A DNA stretch of 37,063 nucleotides, from assembly GCF_006345805.1 (NCBI RefSeq), contig NW_021836877.1:1-37063 (forward strand), read 5' to 3'. Source of the DNA: Octopus sinensis (lineage: Eukaryota). The translations under genes were made by a program, and so were the position numbers. The stretch's first letter is position 1. Every line of letters starts with the position of its first letter. The notes beneath the pieces were generated by a model. It ran no database searches, was not told the DNA's origin, and saw only the letters and a program-made list of their open reading frames with translations. Shown here piece after piece: positions 12,241 through 25,308 of the stretch.

Positions 12241-13045
12241 ATGAATATGTATATATATATATGTATGTATGTATATATATATATATAAATATATAGATAC
12301 ATACATACATACATAAATACATACATACATGCATATGTATATATATATACGTATATATTCATTTGTTTGAATGTGTATATATTTATGTAGGTATTATCTA
12401 TGTGTATGCGTGTTTTTGCTTGTGTGTGTGTGTGTGTGTGTGTGTGTTTTGTCACGATCAATTAGAGATAATTTTTATATACTTTTAATTGTGAATTATA
12501 TATATATATAAAAAAGCTACCATCCGTGAATTCGAAGACGTCGAGTTGTATCATTGAAGGAAAAAAAGAAGAGAAAGTGTGATAGCGTTATCTTTTGTAT
12601 GTTAAACAAGATATACGTGTCAACAAAAGTATGCATGACAGTAATAAATGTATGTTTGCGTATATAAACATAAAGATACGTGTATACATATGGGTGTTTT
12701 CGTGTATAAACATGGTTCACCTTAGTTGCCATCTATAGACAGATTAACGGCGATAAAACGGCGACTTTGAAGCCGTTCTTCATCTTTACCTTGTAAAAAC
12801 TAAATGTGATACTCTATTGATGAGCATTCAGTGATTTTTCCAGTTATGTTTGTCATTTTGCCGTGTATATACATATATATATATATATATTGTTTGGTGA
12901 AATAGAAAGATGAATAATCTTGTTGCAGATTAATCAAAAGTTTAACCGATACCTTAGTAGCAAAAATCACAGCAGAAGAAAGCACGGTTGGAGGTACAAC
13001 CATATGGTGTTGCAACCGTGCGTTGGTGCGGATAATTGAATTTTA

Positions 13046-13256
13046 ATATTATTAGTGAATTGAAGAAATGGAGTTGAACGAAGATTGAACAGAAATCCTT
13101 TATTGCATTCTACACGTGTTCGAAAGCCACAATTTACCAAATTCCGATTCAATCGGAATTTGGTAAATTGTGGCTTTCGAAACACGTGTAGAATGCAATA
13201 AAAGGATTTCTGTTCAATCTTCGTTCAACTCCATTTCTTCAATTCACTAATAATAT
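13046..13256. repeat. Near-perfect fold-back palindrome (104/106-nt arms, 1-nt loop)
   Basis: Arms 13046-13149 and 13151-13256 differ only by two 1-nt homopolymer indels; the element abuts a (TA)n run. Confidence 0.95.
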
Positions 13257-13628
13257 ATATATATATATATCTGTGTGTGTGTGTATTTTTCAGTTTGTAC
13301 AAATAACACGGAAAAAATAAATAAATAGTTACTGGGTAGCAAAAATTCACAAAAGTGCCCAAAATGTTACAGCCTACTTATAAAGGTAGAAAATCCAGGG
13401 TTAAGTGAAATGTTTTATATAACATAGTTAAATTAAGAAATGAAGTTAAACGCAGGTGTTATTCAAATATATATATATATATATATATAATCATTTGAGG
13501 GAATATTAATCCTAACTTACAGGGAAAAATTCAATTTAGAAATATTAAATCAAATTTCAACACGATATAATATGTATATTATATATGTGTATATATATAT
13601 ATATATATATAGATATTATATAATATAT

Positions 13629-13659
<31 letters not shown>

Positions 13660-13665
13660 TATATA

Positions 13666-13739
13666 TGATTTTGATTTTTGATTTGATTTTGATTTTTCCA
13701 GTTTCAGCTTATGAGCTGTGGCCATGTTGGGGCACCGCC
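13666..13739 (-). mobile_element. SINE 3' tail fragment
   Basis: Reverse complement GGCGGTGCCCCAACATGGCCACAGCTCATAAGCTGAAACTGG followed by (ATCAAA)n resembles the tail of the 9499 family. Confidence 0.7.
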
Positions 13740-13973
13740 ATATATATAAATTAGATAAAAACCACCTTTTAGTTAATCCAAAATGAACAATTAAATTACA
13801 CCATCTAGAATATTAAATATAATAGAAATATTAAAATTAAAATAACAATAATATACCGATGATTAAGTAAATTGCAAAAAAATAATAAAAACGTATATAA
13901 TTGGTATATATATATATATATACATACGCGTGTGTGTGTGTGTCTGTGTGTTTATATTATACATACATACATT

Positions 13974-14003
<30 letters not shown>

Positions 14004-14005
<2 letters not shown>

Positions 14006-14167
14006 CGACGGACTTTTTTCTGTTTTCTTCTACCAAATACCAAAGCCACTCACAAAGCTTTGGTCATCCCGAAGCCATGCCATAGAAAGAGACACTTGCC
14101 CAAGGTGACTTGCAGTGCGACTGAATCCGCAACCTTGGCAAGTAAGCTTCTTGTCACAGAACCATGC
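14004..14167 (-). mobile_element. CORE-like SINE 5' half, diverged
   Basis: Reverse complement contains CACCTTGGGCAAGTGTCT and ACCAAAGCTTTGTGAGTGG. Confidence 0.85.
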
Positions 14168-14699
14168 AGTTATCTTCTTGCTTGTGTCTGTGTACATGCA
14201 GCCACACTCGCACGCATGCATTCTCACACAGATTTAACAGTATATTTTTTAAATATTGCTACTTTGGAACTGAAGAATATGAATGAATGTCGACTATGCT
14301 TTAGACTGTGTAAATTTAGTAAATGTATTTTACACAGCGTAACTTAAATGTTCACGTCCATGGGTAACATTCAGAGATAGATAAATAGTGGAAAATGTTG
14401 CTGTACATTCGATGAATGACCCAGTACCACCTTTCCATCTGACTGTATCGGTTTCTATCCCTGCTATCCAATCACGTCTATATATAGTTACTAGTTTTGC
14501 AAGTAATAGGAGAACGAACGAAACATCTAGCAACAATTTTATTGATATCCAATCCCAGTTCCCTCTCCACTAAAAATTTGATATAATGTAGACCTAGTGT
14601 GTGTGTTGCTGCTGCCGCTACTACTACTACTTGCAAATATATGAGCAGATATCTCTCATGTCCCACTAAGAAACAAACAAGCAGTATATATATATACAT

Positions 14700-14730
<31 letters not shown>

Positions 14731-15237
14731 ATAAACGAAAATAAGTTAAAATGTACAATAGCATTAGGGAAATTATCATTTTTTTAGAGAAATTGAAAAG
14801 ACAGAATACACATGCAATATTTTCATAAGGCGCATTGAATCCTTTTATTATGCATATAACCGGTTCCATGTATATGGGTTTGAATTTATCAAATGAAAAT
14901 AGCTACAGCTATTGGAATACAAAGAACTAGTGTTTCAGATTGCAAGATAGAGAATGAAAATACTTGGTTTTGAAACACACGGAGTGTTGAATTAGGAACT
15001 TAAGTTAGGACTTTAAATAAAGACGGCCTAAGTCATTCCAGAAATTTGAATTCCGAAACTTCACTTAAATGATTAGGAATGTATCACAGTTTAGTGTACC
15101 ATATTTAGTAACCATGGCCCTGGGGCACTTGTTGGAAAACTTTTGCCGAAGTTAGAATATTCTTCAAAATCTTCGGTTGTATTTTGTTTTTGCTAATTTC
15201 TCTAGAATTTTTCAATTTTTAACTTACAAGCAGAATA

Positions 15238-15454
15238 TGAGTGGGTGCTGAAAAGTTCCTGGTTTTAAGGGTATCGTGGTAGGTCTGATTGGAGGCTCAA
15301 CCATCAGACTTCTTTGGTAGGGCTTAGAAAAACTGAAGGACCGCTGCAATAAGTGTGTGAATCCGAGAGAGGAATATGTTGAATAAAATCATAACTGATC
15401 CACCTGTATTTTCTTTCACCCAAAGCTAGGAACGTTTCAGCCCCCCCCCCCTTG
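15238..15454 (+). mobile_element. 217-bp mariner-derived MITE retaining the transposase C-terminus
   Basis: TIRs GTGCTGAAAAGTTCCTGG / CTAGGAACGTTTCAGC with TA flanks. 15321-15386 reads GLEKLKDRCNKCVNPREEYVE*, matching the mariner end GI.KL..RW.KC....G.YVE. Confidence 0.88.
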
Positions 15455-16878
15455 TAGATATGTGGTTTTGTATCTAGTTAGATATTTCTTTATTTCAAGG
15501 GTTAAAAGAAGAGACATAGAGTAAAACATTTTGGGGAAATTTTGGAAACTACTTATATAGTCAAATTCTTTAAGTGTCAATTATTTGCGGTAGTTATTCA
15601 GTGCATCTATGGGCTTTCCCATTTTTTTCAATGTTTATAGTTGTCTATCTTTTTCATTATAGTTATTATTTCCTAACATTTCGAGTACAGCTCTTTGTAA
15701 TATTATAGATCTGTGATAACACCAACACTACATTTATTGGCTTCTTTAAACGAAATTTCGGTATGTTTTTGTAGAATAATTACATTTTGACATTGTTTTG
15801 AGAGATTTGTCTTTATATTCCTATTTTCTTTCATTTGAATGGGAAAATTCGTTATGAATTTACAGAATGTATGAAGGTCTTTATTCTTTCCTTTCACGAA
15901 ACAAACAAGAAAAATCGCTTTCGTTGTTTTGCTAGCGATTCATCGTCACTATTATTTTCTCTTTCAAAAAAAAAAAAATGTTCGGCTAGAGTAAGTTTTC
16001 AGCAGAACTCTGTGATGTGATTTGCCATTTCAGGGAGTTTGAACTTTCGAGGACTTGGTCTAGAGCTGAGTCCCTTACTCAATATCTTCATCTGTATATT
16101 GTTTGGTGTTTTCTTCGATAAATTAATAATGTTTGGCTTCTCTTGTTCGGTAGAAATCCTAAATATTGTACTTAGACAGAAGCATGCAAGCATAAATATA
16201 GCAACATATTCCGTTAAGAGTCTCTACAGATATATATATATATATATATATACACCGTATCACACACACACACACACACACATGTATGTATGTGTGTATG
16301 TATGTATGTGTGTATGTATGTATAATATTTTCTAGTCCAAGTATATTTGGTTTTTGAAAGAAACCGTTTCAGCTCCCTTTTAGGAAAATAAGTATTTATG
16401 AGAATTTGTTAACAACATATTAAATAAACATTTAAAGTCGATTGGGTGATTACTTTAAAAAAAGAACCGGTAATCTATTGGATGAAAGCGAATGCACGTA
16501 ATGGAAAAATGTAGAAATATTAAGGTGAATTGAATAAAACTTAGAAACTGGATAGTACAAATGATCTCTTGTAGAATCGGATATAAAAAATGCTGAGAAT
16601 GTGATAGGCCTTATCAGAAATAAGATGTTGTAAGCAAACAAATTTAGAATTTAAATTAAAATTGAAGAATGGCGTGTGAGTATTTCAGAAACATAAAGAA
16701 ATAACGAAATAGGTTTGCTGCAAGGGAAGGATGTAAATTGTGGCTATGGGAGAAATTAGCAGAGAGAGAAAAAATCTGGAGACAATGAGACTAGTGACGA
16801 GGAGAGAAAAGAAGGGGGGGGGGAATAAAAACCGAAAAGCTGAAAATATGTTTGCGTATGTGTGTATGTGAGATAACG

Positions 16879-17256
16879 GTGGAGGCGCATTGGCCCAGTG
16901 GTTAGGGCAGCGGACTCGCGGTCGTAGGATCGCGGTTTCGATTCCCAGACCGGGCGTTGTAAGTATTTATTGAGCGAAATCACCTAAAGCTCCACGAGGC
17001 TCCGGCAGGGATGGTGGTGATCCCTGCTGTACTCTTTCACCACAACTTTCTCTCTTACTTCCTGTTTCTGTTGTACCTGTATTTCAAAGGCCGGCCTTGT
17101 CACTCTCTGTGTCACGCTGAATATCCCCGAGAACTATGTTAAGGGTACACGTGTCTGTGGAGTGCTCAGCCACTTACACGTTAATTTCACGAGCTGGCTG
17201 TTCCGTTGATCGGATCAACCGGAACCCTCGTCGTCGTAACAGACGGAGTGCTTCCA
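16879..17256 (+). mobile_element. Full-length tRNA(Arg-like)-headed SINE, tail variant B
   Basis: A and B boxes present; ends GGAACCCTCGTCGTCGTAACAGACGGAGTGCTTCC. Confidence 0.92.
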
Positions 17257-17310
17257 CTAAAGAGAAGAGGAAGAGAGGAAAGAAAAAAAATGTGAGATAA
17301 CGATATGTAG

Positions 17311-17548
17311 CGCTAAGGAGGCGAGCTGGCAGAACCGTTAGCACGCCGGGCGAAATGCTGAGCGGTATTCCGTCTGCCGTTACGTTCTGAGTTCAAATTC
17401 CCCCGAAGTCGACTTTGCCTTTCATCGTTTCGGGGTCGATTAAATAAGTACCAGTTACGCACTGGGGTCGATATAATCGACTTAATCCGTTTGTCTGTCC
17501 TTGTTTGTCCCCTCTATGTTTAGCCCCTTATGGGTAATAAAGAAACAA
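17311..17548 (+). mobile_element. Full-length Meta-domain-type SINE with 14-bp target-site duplication
   Basis: TSD ATAACGATATGTAG at 17297-17310 and 17549-17562; tRNA-like head and Meta-like core. Confidence 0.95.
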
Positions 17549-17881
17549 ATAACGATATGTAGTGCCTGTAATTTGACGTTAAAGAAAATGGCAGCAGTGG
17601 ATTTGAAAGTGTCTAACAGAAAGGAACATCGGACAGAAAGAAAGAGCACAGTAGCAAAGAGCTGATCGAAATACAGACCTTAAGTTCAATAACACTCGCG
17701 TTTTTACCTTCGAAAAACAAAACATTCAAAAGCATTTCTTCCTGCGTTTTACCTTTCTAAGTTCAGTTTGCCTTTCTTTCTTCTGGAATCGATAACATAA
17801 GTACCAAACAAGTATTGGACGCAACGTAATAAAATAAGCCCCTCCCGCCAAATTTCAGACCTTGTGTCTTTAGCAGAAAGG

Positions 17882-18310
17882 ATTATTATTATTATTATTT
17901 TTATTATTATTATTATTGAGTGAGAGAGCAGTGCATGCCATCAAAGTGACGCTGGGGTAAAATATACGAAGCCCAGTATACCCATCATGACTACTCGTCT
18001 GATAAGGGTACAACAGGCACATGCATCACAACCATATGTGCGCGACATAGTGATCTAATATCAACACAAACAGCGCATGACCTTGCAGGTGGGGCCCAGT
18101 TAGAATTTTCTTCTGGTCGAGTAACCCATCCCGCTCAAAAGGTACCGGAATAAAGATTGTTTAAGGATGTTGAACGAAACACCCATGATTCCAGAGGTGA
18201 ATTATTCAAACCTCAAAGAATCCGTCTTAATACATGGCTATGGTGCTCCCCCACTATTTCTGCTCGTGATCAGAGATACACATGTCGTTAGCCACTAAGA
18301 GATATGCTCA
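17882..18310 (-). mobile_element. Probable LINE 3' UTR fragment ending in a (TAA)n tail
   Basis: Moderate-GC segment terminating in a (TAA)n run on the minus strand; resembles an abundant octopus repeat. Clade not determinable. Confidence 0.55.
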
Positions 18311-18492
18311 AGGCGCCGAGCTAGCAGAATCGTCAGCACGTTGGTCAAAATGATTGGCGGCATTTCGTCTACCTTTACGTTCTGAGTTAAAATTCCACCC
18401 AGGTTGACTGCTTTTCATCTTCTCGGGTTCAGTAGAATAAGTACCAGTTGAACTCTGGGGGTAATCGACTGCGCCCCTCCTTGAGATTGCAG
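18310..18492 (+). mobile_element. Diverged Meta-domain-type SINE
   Basis: GGCGCCGAGCTAGCAGAATCGTCAGCAC...AATAAGTACCAGTTGA. Confidence 0.85.
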
Positions 18493-18510
18493 GTACAGTT
18501 AAGCACTGCA

Positions 18511-18678
18511 ACGACGAATTGTTAGAATCGTTAGTGCGTCGGACAAAATGCATAGCAGCATTTCTTCTGGAATTTACGAACTATGCTCAAATGTCAGCTA
18601 AGTGCTGGGGTCGATATGATCAACTCACACCCTCACCCCATCCCCTAAAATTGCTTGCTTCGAGTCAAAGTTTGAAAT
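18511..18678 (+). mobile_element. Diverged, internally deleted Meta-type SINE
   Basis: TTAGAATCGTTAGTGCGTCGGACAAAATGC...GCTGGGGTCGAT. Confidence 0.7.
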
Positions 18679-19426
18679 ATTTTTATTCTGTACCGATTGA
18701 CGTAGATCACATGTTTCCAGAGTTCTCTTTAGAAAGTGATTTCTTGCATGACTTCCACACACACATACACGCACGCACGCACGCGCAGACACACACACAC
18801 ACACATACACCCACTTACACACACGTACACACACACAATGTTAGTGGAGGTAAACTGCTTCAGTGACACGAGAATTTAATTATTTTAACGTCCACCCCAT
18901 TACTGTGGATTATGTAGGAAAAAATGTTAGTCGAATCATTGATCTTAACCGATCATACCTTATATCATGGTAGCCATTTATTGGAATTCTTAGTGCCGAA
19001 TTGTCTCAGAAGCAACATGAAAAAATGGCGACCACATTGGTGGAATCAGTGGGTTCAATACCGTTAATTAACTCAACGTTCTTTAATTATTTTCAAACAC
19101 GAAAAAAGACCTAAAAAAGACATTGTGAAAATTAAACGAAGCAGAGCTCTAGGTATAATAATTCACCGTTGCACAATGGAAAAGGAAAAAAAGGGAACTG
19201 CGTTGAAGACATTAATTTTAATGAAAATGAATTATAACGTGAATAATCCATAGAAACAGCAACAGCAACACCACCACCAACAACAATGATGATTGATACT
19301 TGTGATCTCAAACATTATGGAAAGTATGGAGTCTCTTGTAAATACTTAAAGATAGACGTAGTTTGCCGGAAAAGATAGTATCCCTTTACTCGAAGAATTT
19401 ACTATAAAAGAGAGAAAAGGGCGAGA

Positions 19427-19459
<33 letters not shown>

Positions 19460-19678
19460 TAGATATAGATATAAATGTATTATAACACACACACATACAC
19501 ACGCACACACACACATGACATACACGTACACTCACAGTTAAATGCTCACGCATGCGTATTCGCAATTACATATATAAAAACCGAAATACTTATATACATA
19601 TACATAAATACAAGTATATGTCCATACACACATATACATACATGTATGTGTATATATGTATACATACACACATATATA

Positions 19679-19730
<52 letters not shown>

Positions 19731-19773
19731 GTATGTATCTATATATACACACACATATGTGTATGTACATAAA

Positions 19774-20640
19774 CGAAAGGGTACCCAAAAGAAACCGGAA
19801 TTTTGCAATATTATTTTATTCACTTAGTTTTACATGTTTACCCTTCAGTGCTTTCTCCAATTGAAGCAATCCATCGGTCTAGGCGCGTGCTCCACAATTC
19901 GAATTAGTCCTTGAACTTTAGCGAAGTCATGCCTTTTAACGCATCCGTCGTTTTTTCTTCACCTCTTCCACATCTGCAAATTCCGTAGCCCCAACTTCCG
20001 TCATCAGCGATGACCTCCAAAAGAAGATCTGGATCAGCTTCTACCGGTTCTTTCAGTTCACGACACGTGAACAAGCGAGGCATAAATTTTGCTGCAACTC
20101 TTTTTTCATTCGCAATTCGTCGCTCAAAATCCGTTGGTTGGAGCTCCAGGACACACCAGTTATATCAACACGTTCGTCAGTTGTTCGGTGACGATCCTCC
20201 TAGACCAGTTCATGAATTTTCATGATGTTTTCATTCGTTCGGGAGGTCGACAGTCGTCCTGAACGTGGTTGGTCTTCAAGAGACAAGTGACTGTTCCTAA
20301 AACATGGAAACCACTCATAAACTTGCGTTTTACTCATGGATGGCACTGTTTTGTAAGCTGTTCGAAGCATGGCAATTAGTTCGGTCACTGTTTTCCTTAG
20401 TAGAAAACAGAATTTCACGGATGCTCCTTCGTTTCAGCCATCGCAAAATTCAACGAACAGAAGACAAGCACTACAAAACAAAAGATGCACCATGCGACAG
20501 TGTGGTTTAAACGCACGACACCGCTCAGCAGACTGATGCCTGAGGATCGCATCAAATGGCTTCTAGCGGCGGGAGCCTGAACTACCACGGGATTGTCCCA
20601 CAGAGAATGTTTCCAGTTACTTTTTAGGAATTGCCTAAAC
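19774..20640 (-). mobile_element. Internally deleted mariner transposon (second family), transposase pseudogene
   Basis: Minus-strand KFCFLLRKTVTELIAMLRTAYK...MSKTQVYEWFPCFRNSHLSLEDQPRSGRLSTSRTNENIMKIHELV continues across frameshifts to VAAKFMPRL. TIRs are decayed, so boundaries are approximate. Confidence 0.88.
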
Positions 20641-20660
20641 GAGGGTTAATCCGCTAGCTA

Positions 20661-20789
20661 TCTCGTCGGGCCAATGATATTTTAATCAAATGAAGTTTAC
20701 ATTTCGCTCGAATCTCTTGCAAGTTAACATGGGATCCATAGACGACAACGTAAACTTCATTTGATTAACGTATCTTTGGCCCGACGAGT
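20661..20789. mobile_element. 129-bp TA-flanked MITE with 39-bp TIRs
   Basis: 20662-20700 matches the reverse complement of 20750-20788 at 36/39 positions; TA at 20659-60 and 20790-91. Confidence 0.8.
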
Positions 20790-21307
20790 TATATACCTCG
20801 CATACATACATACACACATACTGGATTCAGGGCTTCCCTACCGAGGTCAACACTCAACCTGCAAGTTTTGCATTAAGGAGGCGCTTCACATATTAAAGCA
20901 CAACTCTCCAACACAGTTAAAAAAGACATAATGAGGCACTAAGCACATACAGCCACCGCTAAGTCTCTTTCGTTGAATTAAATGTTCATTGTTTGTCATA
21001 ACAGATCTATTGTATCAAAGACATAACAACACCAGTAATTTTTGATAGATGTAACGGATTACCCTAGTCTATTTTACCTCAAGAACTCACTCTTCATTTC
21101 TGCTTCAATAATCTTATTTGTATCCCGGATGTGAGCGCCTTAATAATGCTGTCATTATCAGTTGTATAATAGAAACTTTTTTTGCTAAACCCGGATCACG
21201 TATGTTTTTTTTTATTACCACTCTATTCAATTGTCACAATGTAAAACAAGATTGACAAATAGTGACGGTATGTGCTTGTTTGTTTGCATGTGTGTGCGCG
21301 TGTGTGT

Positions 21308-21341
<34 letters not shown>

Positions 21342-21930
21342 TGTGTTTAGCCTCATTGCAAAAGTTAAAGTTGCTAAGAGCTTCTTTAATTCAGAAACGT
21401 TTCCCCACAGGAAATCAAATATACTTGATTATTCAACGGACATAAGATAAACGTTAACCGAGGTGTCGTAATAGTGAAAAGGTGCGTATATGCGTGATTA
21501 CACGCGTTTGCATATTTATTTGCATTTATGTTTTTTTTTCTATATTACTTCATTGTAAAATCTAAACTTGCCTAGAACACTACGTTATTCAACGGGCAGA
21601 ACATAAAAGTTGCCATAAGTGTCGTGATGATGAATATGGGAAGTGTTATGGTTCGAAAACTTTCAATTTATTTCAGAAACATATAAGCGTAACTCCAGAA
21701 AATCTGCAAACTAAAGGTAACAGGGGACATAAATGAAACTGCTACTTGAAGTGTTATGCCCTTGAACTCGCTCAGTAATTTATGCAAAACTAAGTCCTTA
21801 ATTTATACATTAATTATTGTGTAAACGTGTATTTTCTATGTGTAGTAAATAATGTATTTTGTAGTAAAAAAATTTCAGAAAATTGTTTTGAAATATATTC
21901 ACTTAATAGAATACATATTCCTCTTCAACT

Positions 21931-22165
21931 GTAAAGATTGTGTCTGTGGTAATTGGAGCACTGGGGACTGTGAATGATAGAATGGACAAATAGATAAAGG
22001 AAACTGCAATAGGTTGTCCTGTAGAACTTCTACAGAAGGTTTGCTTCTTCGGAACAGGGAAGATCATCAGATGAGTTTCGAGTACGTGATGACTTATTGA
22101 AGTCCTGTGGGCATTTAAGGTTGCAGGTAGTAACCTTCTAGCCTCCTAAAATCTACCAGGAATGT
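21931..22165 (+). mobile_element. R4/Dong-like RLE LINE, C-terminal fragment and 3' UTR
   Basis: 21931-22089 reads VKIVSVVIGALGTVNDRMDK*IKETAIGCPVELLQKVCFFGTGKIIR*VSST*, matching the R4/Dong end V.P.VIGALG.V....LQK..LLGTA.I.R.VL. Confidence 0.85.
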
Positions 22166-22169
22166 ACTT

Positions 22170-22357
22170 TAGGTGGTGAGCTGGCAGAATCGTTAGCAAG
22201 CCGGGCAAAATGCTTAGCGGCATTTCGTCCGTCTTCACATCCTGAGTTCAAATTCCGTCCGCCGTGGCTGACTTTCCCTTTCATCCTTTAAAATAAGTAC
22301 CAGTTGAATATTGGTGTCGAAATTTCTGACTTTGTACTAAAAATTGAAATCAATAAT
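22170..22357 (+). mobile_element. Meta-domain-type SINE
   Basis: GGTGGTGAGCTGGCAGAATCGTTAGC...CTTTCATCCTTTAAAATAAGTACCAGTTG. Confidence 0.88.
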
Positions 22358-23175
22358 ATATGTACTTAGGTACGTACAAATGTTAAACTGAGATTATTAT
22401 AAAGTTAGTTGAAGAATATCAACGGTACTTATACTGAATTCGGGTGACTCAATACTGAAAGTAGAGCCAAATTTTAAAAAAATTCCTTGCTGAGCATGGC
22501 TTCAAATTTTGTGTTAGGCAAAACTTACCAGCATTCAGAAATAGTGGAAGTACCGTAGCAAATGAAATGCCAAAACAGAACGGTGGACATGCCTACTTGC
22601 ATACATACATACACACACTCACACACAAATACACACGAACATATATATATATATATGTAAACGCACACAGACTTATGTATATGACTGTGTGTTTGTTAGT
22701 ATATGTTCATGCATCACCATATTTAGTTGTATGTACGTGTTTACGCATATGTATATCTACTATATGTCACACACACACACACAGACACACTAAAACTGTA
22801 TGATCACACATACAGTATAAGCCATCAGCTGACCTATGGGTGACCTATATCTGATATAATCAGAGTCCCACTTATTAAAAAAAATAACAACATAAAGAAA
22901 CTTACAAATATTATAACGGTATCTAGACACCCACCTCTCACTCTATGTTAAATTAAATATTCAGCTAAAGACATAGATAAGAGGGAATATGTACAATTAT
23001 AAATTTATTTATATCTTCAATAATCAACCACACCCACAGATAAAACCACTTTATCACAAATTGCTGACACTTCTTTCTAATCACTAATCATGAGTTTTCA
23101 AATATTTGTACGTTCATAGGTTCACCACAGGGGCCTTCATATGAATTTTTCATAGAATTTTTATGAGAACTTTTC

Positions 23176-23290
<115 letters not shown>

Positions 23291-23309
23291 TATATGTTAT
23301 AATCATGTG

Positions 23310-23526
23310 CGATGAGGTGCTGAAAACTTCTTGGCTTTGCGCAAAAGAAAATGCAAGAGGGTCAGTTAATTACAATTTCATTGAACATAATCCCCTCTCA
23401 GGCTCACACACTATTGCAGAGGTCCTTCAGTTATTCTAAGCCCTGTAAAATAAAATTGGAAGGTTTGGCCTCTAGCCAGGCTGTTTGCGTAAACCATAAA
23501 GCCAGAAACTTTTCAGCATCCCCACG
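23310..23526 (-). mobile_element. 217-bp mariner-derived MITE, same family as 15238-15454
   Basis: TIRs GGTGCTGAAAACTTCTTGGCTTT / AAAGCCAGAAACTTTTCAGCATC; minus strand carries the GGGCTTAGAATAACTGAAGGACCTCTGCAA transposase tail. Confidence 0.88.
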
Positions 23527-23533
23527 TGTATAT

Positions 23534-23800
<267 letters not shown>

Positions 23801-23976
23801 AATACAATTTTACTGAACCTTCAGTTTTTTTATATGCTAGACCATTGGTGTGAAATCGATGTTAATTAAATTAATATCTAATTTCTCATCCTCATTTTAA
23901 ATACACACATACACACACACAGACACAGACACACACACACACACATACACACACACACACAACACACACACACACA

Positions 23977-24066
<90 letters not shown>

Positions 24067-24648
24067 ATGCATGTGTATATGTATGTATACGTGTTTCAAT
24101 GTATGCATGTACACAACCCCACTCGTGTTCGAGAAGACCTTCACTGATTAAATATAAGTCACCAATGCCCGTGCAGAAAGTTACTCCCAATAAGGTTTGT
24201 GAAACAACTCGTTGATCTTCTCCACTCTCTTACTAAGATTCAAGACAATCCGAGTCGAGACATTTGGGGGTTAATAGAGATTTGAAATCGGAGGTTTTGG
24301 AGTACCGTGACCTTAAGTGGGTGTTGAAGATATACAAAACACTTGAGGTCATTCTTTGCACAACAGATTTTATATAGGAATAACCGTCTCCTAAATATAT
24401 ACTTTAACGAATGGTGTAGTATTTCTCACTCTCAATAATTTTACATCATACCAACCATGGAACTCGAACTTCGAAGTATCTACGCCATCACTAGATATCT
24501 TTTACACTATGTGGTATTCATCTGTCCTTGTGAACGGTCTTGTTTGGTATTGTTTTAATTCTTATATCCTTTGATACCCGTTAACCATGATGAAGTTGTT
24601 AGGCTAGTTGTACTAGGTTACATGTGATTTGTAGTGGTAATGCGCAGA

Positions 24649-24693
<45 letters not shown>

Positions 24694-24699
<6 letters not shown>

Positions 24700-24915
24700 T
24701 AATAAATAAAATATATGCATACATACATACATATATGTACGTACCTACATCTACATGTATATATACATGCATATATAATATATATATGTGAGTACAGGAC
24801 ACCACAAATAGACGTAGGACTCAACGAGAAACGAAAACGTAAAAACAAACACGTCTATTTGTAGGTACGTACATATATGTATGTATGTATGCATATATTT
24901 TATTTATTAATTTAT
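24694..24915. repeat. Inverted repeat with perfect 56-bp outer arms and a 12-bp inner stem
   Basis: 24694-24749 equals the reverse complement of 24860-24915; ACAAATAGACGT (24804-15) pairs with ACGTCTATTTGT (24851-62). Confidence 0.93.
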
Positions 24916-24967
24916 TGCATGACTGAGCGCCCTCGCGTCGTTTCGTTTCTTTTCTGTTCTCCAAGTA

Positions 24968-25034
<67 letters not shown>

Positions 25035-25205
25035 ATATTAGGAAGTATAACTCCGAACTTACAAGGAAAAATTCACAGACATCACTCGTTGGTGATGTTC
25101 TGTTCTTATTGTATATTTTTGGTATTTTGTCTTGTACTTATCTCTTGTTTATTTATGTATTTTTCACTCGTTGGTGATGTCCTGTACTTGATGTATTATA
25201 TATTT

Positions 25206-25308
25206 GTGTGTCTGGAGTGCTTGGTAATTTTCACGTTAGTTTCACGAGCAGGCTGTTCCGTTGATCAGTTCAACTGAAACACTCATCGTCGTAACCGACG
25301 TAGAGCCC
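25206..25308 (+). mobile_element. Isolated 3' tail of SINE variant B (or of its partner LINE)
   Basis: TTTCACGAGCAGGCTGTTCCGTTGATCAGTTCAACTGAAACACTCATCGTCGTAACCGACG matches 17185-17250. Confidence 0.85.

Noticed and set aside
16879-16950. tRNA gene calls for the SINE heads (also at 1280-1354, 8062, 33125-33197)
   Set aside because: A and B boxes are present, but the acceptor stem is not closed and each continues into a shared SINE body.
19021-19032. YY1-like AAAATGGCGACC
   Set aside because: A single short motif with no other promoter evidence.
21677-21716. 40-bp candidate micro-exon KHISVTPENLQTK
   Set aside because: It has good splice sites but is not phase-compatible with the other candidates and is too short to support alone.
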